From NCBI GenBank assembly GCA_035279405.1, contig DATEHU010000059.1, forward strand, positions 26,552-90,551: a stretch of DNA of 64,000 nucleotides, read 5' to 3'. Under the pieces are notes generated by a model. The model saw only the letters and a program-made list of their open reading frames with translations. It ran no database searches and was not told where the DNA came from. This document shows, one piece after another, positions 57,589-64,000 of this stretch. Position numbers and translations under genes: made by a program. This DNA comes from Gammaproteobacteria bacterium. Its GTDB lineage: Bacteria > Pseudomonadota > Gammaproteobacteria > Natronospirales > REEB76. Numbering within the stretch: position 1 is the first letter of the stretch; each line of letters opens with the position of its first letter.

Positions 57589-59888
57589 GTTTCGTTCTCC
57601 CACAGGCGGAATCCGCCGATGAACGCATGGGCGTTGTTGCCGCGGTGCACGCCTCGGGGCAGTTGTTTCAACAGACGCAGGTTGCCGCCGCCGAGCGTCA
57701 CGTAATCGGGCTCAAGCGCCTTGCGCAGCATTTCAATCTCGGCAAACACGTTGGCCTGCCAACGCTGCTTGCCGAGACGTTTCAGGGCCGCATCGCTCAC
57801 GTAATACTCGTAGGTCTTGTTGCGATACGGCATGTGCGCGAGTTCCATGGCCTGCACCACGCCGTCCACGATCACCGCCGACCCGAGTCCGGTGCCGAGT
57901 CCCAGGAACAGCATGTGACCGCCCGCATAGCTGCCGAGCGCCTGCATCGCAGCGTCGTTCGCGAGTTTCACCGGGCAGCCGAAGGCCGCCTCAAAATCAA
58001 ATCCGATCCAGCCCGCTCCGAGATTCACCGGCTGGCTCACGATGCGCCCGCGCACCACCGGCGCGGGAAAGCCGATGCTCACCACGTCGTAGCTCCAGCC
58101 GCGCAACGCCTTGCGCACGTTTGCGAGCATGGAGGCCGGCGTCATCGTCGGGCCGGAGAGGATTTTCACTTCGCGTGTGCTGCCGCTGCGGCGCGCCTTC
58201 ACGTGGCTGCCGCCCACGTCCAGCACCAGCACGCGCGGGCGCTTTTGCACCGCGCGCGCATGCGGACGTTTGCGTGCCTCGCGGTACCAGCGAATCGCCG
58301 CGTTGGTTGAAGCATCGTGCGCCAGCGCCCTGGAAGGCGTTTCGATTTCTTCCGCCACGCTCAGCGCGAGCTTCTTGCCAAGCTCCACGCCCCATTGGTC
58401 AAAGGGATTGGTGTCCCAGATCGCCGCCTGCGTGAACACGCTGTGTTCGTACAGTGCCACCAGCGCGCCCAGGCTCGCGGGCGTGAGACGCTCGGCCAAC
58501 AGCAGGCTCGACGGCCGGTTGCCTTCCATCACCTTGTGCGGTGCGAGCTGCGGATCGGTGCCTTCGGCGCGCACCTCCTCCAGTGTCCTGCCGATGGCCA
58601 GCGCCTCGGTCTGTGCAATCACGTTGGCGAGCAGCAGATCCTGGTGATTCCCGAGCGGGTTGAGCGCGGTGCCGAACGCGATGAAATCGCATGGAATCAG
58701 GCGCGTGCCCTGATGGATCAACTGATAGAACGAGTGCTGGCCGTTGGTGCCGGGCTCGCCCCAGAACACCGGGCCGGTGGCGTAGTCCACGTGCTGGCCG
58801 GCGAGCGTCACGTGCTTGCCGTTGGACTCCATGGTGAGTTGCTGCAGGTACGCGGGAAAACGCTTGAGGTAGTGCGCGTACGGGAATACCCCGACCGTCG
58901 CGGTATCGAAGAAATCCGCGTACCAGACGTTGAGCAGGCCCATGATCGCCGGCAGATTCTGCTCGAGCGGCGCGCTCCGAAAATGCACGTCCATGGCGTG
59001 AAATCCGCCGAGCATTTCACCAAAGGCCTCGGCACCGATTGCGATCATGGTGGACAGGCCGATGGCGGAGTCCATCGAGTAGCGCCCGCCCACCCAGTCC
59101 CAGAAGCCGAACATCTGTTCGCTGGGGATGCCGAAGGCATTTACGGCCTGCTCGTTGGTGGAGAGCGCCACGAAGTGCGGAGCTACGGCCTGCTTGCCGC
59201 GGCCCGCGGCCGCCAGCAACCAGTCGCGCGCCGTGCGCGCGTTGGTCATGGTTTCGAGCGTGGTAAAGGTTTTGGATGCGACGATGAACAGCGTTTCATC
59301 CGGGCGCAGACCGCGCACCGCTTCGGCAAAATCCGTGCCGTCCACGTTCGACACGAAGCGCAACTGCAAGCGGCGGTCGCTGTAATAGCGCAGCGCTTCG
59401 TGGGCCATCACCGGGCCGAGATCGGAACCGCCGATGCCGATATTGACGATGTTGCGGATCGGCCGGCCGCTGTAGCCGCGCCAAGCCCCCGCGCGGATCG
59501 CGCCGGCGCATGCCGCCATGCGCTTGAGCACCGCCTGTACTTCGGGCACGACGTTCACGCCGTCCACCCGGATCACGGCATCGGCCGGTGCGCGCAGCGC
59601 AATGTGCAGGGCGGCGCGCTTTTCCGTGGTGTTGACTTTCTCGCCCGCGAACATCGCGTCGCGGCGCGCTTCCAGGCCGCGCGTACGCGCCAGATCGAAC
59701 AGCAGTTTCAGGGTTGCCTCGTTGACGCGATGCTTGGAATAATCCAGCCGCCAGCCGGCGGCTTCGACCGTATAGCGTGCGGCGCGCGCTTCATCCTGCG
59801 CGAACAGTTCGCGCAGCTGCACCGCCTGCATCGTGCGGTAATGGCTGTCCAGCTTCTTCCACGCGACTGAATCGCGCAACGCGCTCAT
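57585..59888 (-). CDS. pgi: Fusion protein: glucose-6-phosphate isomerase (N, ~549 aa) + ROK/PPGK-like sugar kinase (C, ~218 aa)
   Basis: 767-aa uninterrupted ORF. The N-part is collinear with Pgi ([51 protein letters not shown]). The C-part has [37 protein letters not shown] and ELAHM, which are ROK phosphate-1, phosphate-2 and adenosine motifs. No CxCGxxGC zinc motif. Confidence 0.85.
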   Translation of the reverse strand: MSALRDSVAWKKLDSHYRTMQAVQLRELFAQDEARAARYTVEAAGWRLDYSKHRVNEATLKLLFDLARTRGLEARRDAMFAGEKVNTTEKRAALHIALRAPADAVIRVDGVNVVPEVQAVLKRMAACAGAIRAGAWRGYSGRPIRNIVNIGIGGSDLGPVMAHEALRYYSDRRLQLRFVSNVDGTDFAEAVRGLRPDETLFIVASKTFTTLETMTNARTARDWLLAAAGRGKQAVAPHFVALSTNEQAVNAFGIPSEQMFGFWDWVGGRYSMDSAIGLSTMIAIGAEAFGEMLGGFHAMDVHFRSAPLEQNLPAIMGLLNVWYADFFDTATVGVFPYAHYLKRFPAYLQQLTMESNGKHVTLAGQHVDYATGPVFWGEPGTNGQHSFYQLIHQGTRLIPCDFIAFGTALNPLGNHQDLLLANVIAQTEALAIGRTLEEVRAEGTDPQLAPHKVMEGNRPSSLLLAERLTPASLGALVALYEHSVFTQAAIWDTNPFDQWGVELGKKLALSVAEEIETPSRALAHDASTNAAIRWYREARKRPHARAVQKRPRVLVLDVGGSHVKARRSGSTREVKILSGPTMTPASMLANVRKALRGWSYDVVSIGFPAPVVRGRIVSQPVNLGAGWIGFDFEAAFGCPVKLANDAAMQALGSYAGGHMLFLGLGTGLGSAVIVDGVVQAMELAHMPYRNKTYEYYVSDAALKRLGKQRWQANVFAEIEMLRKALEPDYVTLGGGNLRLLKQLPRGVHRGNNAHAFIGGFRLWENET

Positions 59889-60961
59889 GCGGCGCGCTCC
59901 GCACGCTGGTGCACGGTGGCCAGCAAATCTTTCCAGGACGCGTCGAATTTCTGCGCACCTTCGGCCTGCAATTCCGCCGCCAGCGCATCCACCTCGAGCC
60001 CGCGCGCCGCGAAACGCGCGAGCACGGCGCGCGCCGCACTGTCGTCAACCGGGAGCGATACCGCGGCTTTGCCGTGATCCGCAAACGCATGCAGGGTTTT
60101 GTCGGGCACCGTGTTGATGGTGAGCGGCGCAATCAGTCCCTCCACGTAGAGCACGTCGCTGGCGGCGGGATCCTTGGTACCGGTGCTGGCCCACAACAGC
60201 CGCTGCGGACGCGCGCCTGCGTTCATGAGCGCCTGCAGCCGCGCCGAATCCAGCACGCGGCGATAGTTTGCATACGCGCACGCGGCCACGGCCAATCCAA
60301 TCTGGTTGTGCATGGCGGGCGGCACCTTGTCGGCAACCAATACATCCCAGCGGCTGATGAATACCGAGGCCACCGAACTCACGTCCAGCGTCAGCCCCTC
60401 CGCTTGCCGCCGCTCCAGCCCGCGCAGGTACGCATCGGCCGCCACCTGGTACTGCTTGGGAGAAAACAGCAAGGTGACGTTAACCGGGACACCGCGATAG
60501 GTGAGTTCCTCGATGGCGCCGGCTCCGGCGGCGGTGCCGGGCACTTTTATATACAGATTCGGCACCGCGGCACGCCGGTGCAGCGCCAGCGCCTGCTCCA
60601 CGGTACGCGCAGTGTCGTCCGCCAGCAGCGGCGACACTTCCAGCGACACCCAGCCGTCCACGCCCTGCGTACGCCGATGCACCGGCGCGAACAACTGGGC
60701 TGCGCGCCGCAGGTCATCGAGCGCCAGATCAAAAAACAACTGCTCGGGATCCTTGCCGCCCTGATCGCGCAAGGCCCGGTCATAGGCGCTGCTCTTGCCG
60801 ATGGCATGATCGAAGATGGTGGGATTGGACGTGAGGCCGGTGACGTGACTATTGTCGCGATAGGCCTGCAGCGTGCCGTCATCCAGCATGCTGCGCGTGA
60901 TGTTGTCGAGCCACAGGCTCTGGCCGAGCCCCTGGACCGCCGAAGTTGAATCTGGGTTCAT
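59885..60961 (-). CDS. tal: Transaldolase
   Basis: 358-aa ORF: [44 protein letters not shown]. Confidence 0.9.
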   Translation of the reverse strand: MNPDSTSAVQGLGQSLWLDNITRSMLDDGTLQAYRDNSHVTGLTSNPTIFDHAIGKSSAYDRALRDQGGKDPEQLFFDLALDDLRRAAQLFAPVHRRTQGVDGWVSLEVSPLLADDTARTVEQALALHRRAAVPNLYIKVPGTAAGAGAIEELTYRGVPVNVTLLFSPKQYQVAADAYLRGLERRQAEGLTLDVSSVASVFISRWDVLVADKVPPAMHNQIGLAVAACAYANYRRVLDSARLQALMNAGARPQRLLWASTGTKDPAASDVLYVEGLIAPLTINTVPDKTLHAFADHGKAAVSLPVDDSAARAVLARFAARGLEVDALAAELQAEGAQKFDASWKDLLATVHQRAERAA

Positions 60962-61126
60962 GATTGTCTGCCTGGCGTGTTATGGACAATGCAGCGCACC
61001 GGCGGCGCGCACGCGATGGCCAACCGGCCTACCGGTCGCGGGGTCGGTATGCTGAAACGAAAATCACTCCTGTGACGGGACTGGCGCAATCCACGCGCAT
61101 ACCCGCAGGCTGCGGGAATTCACGTA

Positions 61127-61141
61127 TATCGCGACGCGATA
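61127..61141. promoter_or_regulatory. Perfect 15-bp palindrome upstream of the tal operon / divergent NUDIX gene
   Basis: TATCGCG-A-CGCGATA lies about 165 nt upstream of the tal ATG. A second hairpin, cccgcag-gc-tgcggg, is at 61102-61116. Function unknown. Confidence 0.2.
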
Positions 61142-61306
61142 CATTGTACTCGCCGCGGATTTGCGCGGCAAACGTGCGGTGTCCGGCGGTGTTTGCACCG
61201 CGATTCTTACACCCCGTATGATGCAAACCCGCATGCGGACGCTCGCCGGGGAAGATTGGCCCGACTATTACGCTTGCGGAACGCGCGCTCCCCGAAATAC
61301 GCCCCG

Positions 61307-61867
61307 ATGCCCATGTCGCCGACGACAAGATATTGCGAGGCCTGCGGCCGCCCCACCGTGGAAAAAATTCCCCCCGGCGATCACCTGCCGCGCCGGGTTT
61401 GCGGGCATTGCGGCCGCATCCATTACCAGAACCCGCGCATGGTGGTGGGCTGTGTGGCGGAATGGCAGGGCAAGGTACTGCTGTGCAAGCGCGCCATCGA
61501 GCCGCGTGCGGGCCTGTGGACGCTGCCGGCGGGGTTCCTGGAAAATGACGAGAGCGTCGAAGAGGGGGCGCTGCGCGAGACCCGTGAGGAAGCCCTGGCG
61601 ATCGTGAAGGATCCAGTGCCGTTCGCGCTGGTCAACGTGCCGCACGTGCATCAGGTCCACCTGTTCTTCCGGGCGCAACTTCAGCATGGCAAGCATGGCG
61701 TGGGCGCGGAGACGCTGGAGACCGGACTGTTCGATGCCGCCGGCATTCCCTGGGCTGAAATCGCGTTCCCGAGCGTGCGCTACGCGCTCGAATGCTATCT
61801 GGCCGATCGCAACCGGGGAAAATTCGAGTTTCACATCAGCACCTGGCGCCAGCCCCTGCCCGCCTGA
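61307..61867 (+). CDS. NUDIX hydrolase with N-terminal zinc-ribbon
   Basis: Start at ATG 61307. CEACG...CGHCG forms the zinc ribbon. NUDIX box GLWTLPAGFLENDESVEEGALRETREEA. Confidence 0.85.
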   Translation: MPMSPTTRYCEACGRPTVEKIPPGDHLPRRVCGHCGRIHYQNPRMVVGCVAEWQGKVLLCKRAIEPRAGLWTLPAGFLENDESVEEGALRETREEALAIVKDPVPFALVNVPHVHQVHLFFRAQLQHGKHGVGAETLETGLFDAAGIPWAEIAFPSVRYALECYLADRNRGKFEFHISTWRQPLPA

Positions 61868-61932
61868 AACCGCCGCGCACTGCGGCTTATGGCAGAATTG
61901 GCATTCCGTTGAGGGCATTCCGAGGTTGATAC

Positions 61933-62256
61933 ATGGCTTTTGTCGTCACTGAAAACTGCATCAAGTGCAAGTACACCGATTGCGTCGAGGTCTGTCCCGT
62001 GGACTGTTTCCACGAAGGCCCCAACATGCTGGCCATAGACCCGGACGAGTGCATTGATTGCACGCTCTGCGAGCCGGAGTGTCCCATCAACGCGATCTAC
62101 TCCGAAGATGACCTGCCGGAAGACCAGCGACAGTTCAAGGCCCTGAATGCGGAACTGTGCAAGAGCTGGCCTGTGCTCACGCAGCAGAAGCCCGGCCCCG
62201 ATGACGCCAAAAGCTGGGAAGGCCGGTCCGGCAAGCTCGCGCTGCTGGAGCGGTAA
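61933..62256 (+). CDS. fdxA: 7Fe ferredoxin (Azotobacter FdI type)
   Basis: [51 protein letters not shown] is nearly identical in pattern to Azotobacter ferredoxin I as I recall it. Confidence 0.93.
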   Translation: MAFVVTENCIKCKYTDCVEVCPVDCFHEGPNMLAIDPDECIDCTLCEPECPINAIYSEDDLPEDQRQFKALNAELCKSWPVLTQQKPGPDDAKSWEGRSGKLALLER

Positions 62257-62274
62257 GCGCTGTGGCTTAAAACA

Positions 62275-62300
62275 AAACGCCCGTCTGAGACGGGCGTTTT
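62275..62300. terminator. Bidirectional rho-independent terminator between convergent fdxA and pseudoazurin genes
   Basis: aaaacgcccgtc-tgag-gacgggcgtttt is a perfect 8-bp GC-rich stem flanked by A- and T-runs. Confidence 0.8.
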
Positions 62301-62327
62301 GCGTGTCAGGTTCTCAGCTCGGTCGGT

Positions 62328-62777
62328 TCATTTCACCCTGTCCATGAGCTTGTCCAGCCGATCCTTGTTCATGATCTGCTTGGCTTCCATGGCCTTCGCG
62401 GCCTTTTCGGCCGCCTCCTTGTTGGTGGCCTTGCCCACCACGATGACCCCCAGCATGCCGAACATGTGATGCGGCGAGCACTCAAACAGATACACTCCAT
62501 CCTTGCTGAGTTTGACGGTGATGGGCTTGCTGATTTCGCTCTTCCAACCCTGGGCCCCGTCAGGCACCAGGTAGGACTGCGAGTCATGGCCGGCGTCCGC
62601 GGGCACGAACTGCACCGAGTCGCCCGGCTGGATATGCAGAAAATCCGGCTCAAACACGAAGGTTCCGCCGGCGCCGCTGTTCAGCTCCTTCACCGTATAG
62701 GTCTTGGCGTAGGCATTGGCGGCAATCAGGGACGCTGCTGCGAGCGCGAGTGCGCCCAATGCAAGTTTCTTGTGCAT
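62328..62777 (-). CDS. Pseudoazurin (type 1 blue copper protein)
   Basis: Start at ATG 62777 with signal peptide MHKKLALGALALAAASLIAANAYA. Copper ligands fit the pattern H...C-x2-H-x4-M (ADAGHD; ECSPHHMFGM). Confidence 0.85.
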   Translation of the reverse strand: MHKKLALGALALAAASLIAANAYAKTYTVKELNSGAGGTFVFEPDFLHIQPGDSVQFVPADAGHDSQSYLVPDGAQGWKSEISKPITVKLSKDGVYLFECSPHHMFGMLGVIVVGKATNKEAAEKAAKAMEAKQIMNKDRLDKLMDRVK

Positions 62778-62925
62778 GATATTTCTCCAAAAAATATTGT
62801 TCAAAACCAGGGCAGATAGGTACCGCGAACAATTCGTCGGTACGTACTTGACAGGCAATGGTCTGCTTGCAGTGGCGCCATTATCTCACGAATGTGCCCA
62901 CAGCGCAGATTGACTCGGGGAACTT

Positions 62926-63666
62926 TCAGGGTTCGTCCGTTGGAGCGGACTTTGATTCTTGCGCGAGTACCGCGGCAAGTGCCGGTGGCGGAAGATAACC
63001 GTCAATCAGTCTGCCGGTATCGGTAAGCATCACCGGCGTGCCATCCAGCCCGAGCATCTGGCCGAAGGTGTAACCCGCGGCCACCGCGGCCGCATCGCAG
63101 TGTGCGGGTTTCGGCGTGGCCCCGTTCATCGCGGCTTCAAACGCGGCCTTGCGGTCCGCTGCGCACCACACATCCACGGCTTTCTGCCACGCGGGCGAAT
63201 CGCGGCCGTCGCGCGGGAAAAACAGATACTGCACCGCAATGCCCATGGCATTGAGCCTGGGCCGGTCGTGCTCCAGCACCCGGCAATAATGACACTCGAT
63301 ATCGGTAAACACGGTCAGGGTCTGCTTGGGATGCCGCGGTGCGAACACCAGCATGCTGGATGGCGGGAGTTGCCTGAGGTAGGCGAGCCGCGCGGCGTCG
63401 CGTTGCACGCTGGTGAGGTTGTTGCCGCTTTGCAGGTTGATGATGTCGCCGCGCACCAAATAGCGGCCGTCCGCGCTCACATACGCGATCTGCGGGCCGA
63501 TGGTGATGCGGTACAGGCCCGGGATGGGCGAAACCACGACGTCGGTCGAATTGATTCCAAGCTGCTTGGCAAGACGCGCCTGCGCAGTCGAATTACCGTC
63601 CGCCAGGGCGGCCGCGGCCATGGTCAGCGTGACCATCGCGAGCAGCAATGCGTCGATGCCTTTCAT
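62926..63666 (-). CDS. dsbC: Thiol:disulfide interchange protein DsbC/DsbG family
   Basis: Start at ATG 63666 with a signal peptide. An N-terminal dimerisation domain is followed by a thioredoxin fold with TDIECHYC (CxxC). Conserved xerD-dsbC adjacency. Confidence 0.85.
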   Translation of the reverse strand: MKGIDALLLAMVTLTMAAAALADGNSTAQARLAKQLGINSTDVVVSPIPGLYRITIGPQIAYVSADGRYLVRGDIINLQSGNNLTSVQRDAARLAYLRQLPPSSMLVFAPRHPKQTLTVFTDIECHYCRVLEHDRPRLNAMGIAVQYLFFPRDGRDSPAWQKAVDVWCAADRKAAFEAAMNGATPKPAHCDAAAVAAGYTFGQMLGLDGTPVMLTDTGRLIDGYLPPPALAAVLAQESKSAPTDEP

Positions 63667-63739
63667 GATTTCCTCTGCCTGTACATGCTGCCTGAGACAG
63701 CGGCGCATGTCCGGAGTTGCGGCGCAGCGCTGCCGCGCC

Positions 63740-64000
63740 TCAACCCCGCGGGTGGTGCTGGGCGTGAAGTTCCTTCAGGCGTTCGCGCGCCACATGCGTG
63801 TAGATCTGGGTGGTGGACACGTCGCTGTGTCCGAGCAGCATCTGCACCACGCGCAGATCCGCACCGTGGTTGAGCAGATGCGTGGCAAATGCGTGTCGCA
63901 GCGTGTGCGGCGAGAGCGCGACGCGGATGCAGGCCTTCTGGGCATAGCGTTTGATGATGTGCCAGAACGCCTGGCGCGTCATGTGGTCGCTGCGGTGCGT
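63740..64000 (-). CDS. xerD: Tyrosine recombinase XerD (C-terminal part; 5' end beyond window)
   Basis: [50 protein letters not shown] carries the R-H-R-Y catalytic signature. The frame is open to the window edge. Confidence 0.88.
   Translation of the reverse strand, partial: THRSDHMTRQAFWHIIKRYAQKACIRVALSPHTLRHAFATHLLNHGADLRVVQMLLGHSDVSTTQIYTHVARERLKELHAQHHPRG

Noticed and set aside
63740-64000. Tyrosine recombinase as a marker of a mobile element or phage
   Set aside because: The sequence and the conserved xerD-dsbC adjacency identify it as the housekeeping chromosome-dimer resolvase XerD, not an integrase.

Overview
This is a strongly GC-rich gammaproteobacterial chromosome segment of about 60 genes, mostly core functions in recognisable synteny blocks. 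All calls come from reading the sequence and ORF translations by eye; no searches were run.

**Layout**
- (1) 1-8.2 kb: an MFS-type efflux locus. It holds a NodT-type OMF, TetR and a TolC-like OMF, facing an EmrA-like MFP, a HAD phosphatase and two tandem EmrB-like DHA2 pumps.
- (2) 8.2-16.3 kb: mixed genes, namely a TRIC/UPF0126 channel, a YgiD dioxygenase, a lipoprotein with three TonB-C-like repeats, a phosphoesterase, an FMN reductase, DUF2630, an HPF-like protein, an SDR and Kup.
- (3) 16.5-29.8 kb: der-bamB-yfgM-hisS-rodZ-pilW-rlmN-ndk, then a remodelled ISC locus (iscA, a Cys-poor IscU-like protein, iscS, a second NifS-like desulfurase, trmJ, divergent suhB).
- (4) 31-37 kb: secF-secD-yajC-tgt and queA, with a 0.66 kb and a 0.79 kb hairpin-dense non-coding mosaic on either side of the secF-tgt block.
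- (5) 37-39.5 kb: an ECF sigma factor, a ZAS anti-sigma factor and a double-PDZ protein.
- (6) tRNA-Leu(CAA) with a duplicated 3' end, plus a hicBA cassette bracketed by 40-bp direct repeats. The hicA copy has an in-frame TAG at codon 4.
- (7) 42.4-61 kb: glgP converging on a 13-gene same-strand alpha-glucan plus oxidative pentose-phosphate block. Its order is tal, pgi::ROK-kinase fusion, gnd, zwf, GH15 glucoamylase, a free-standing copy of the GH15 C-terminal domain, pgl, GT4, GH57, SMUG1-like UDG, GH57, malQ.
- (8) NUDIX hydrolase, 7Fe ferredoxin, pseudoazurin, dsbC and xerD.

**Not seen:** no CRISPR array, rRNA, transposase, phage integrase or recognisable defence system apart from hicBA.

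**Most unusual observations**
- An in-frame 2 x 135-bp REP-like insertion lies inside rlmN.
- The ISC locus is remodelled.
- pgi is fused to a ROK-type kinase.
- The glucan/PPP gene block has a non-classical enzyme set.
- Several interspersed palindromic repeat families occur across the window.
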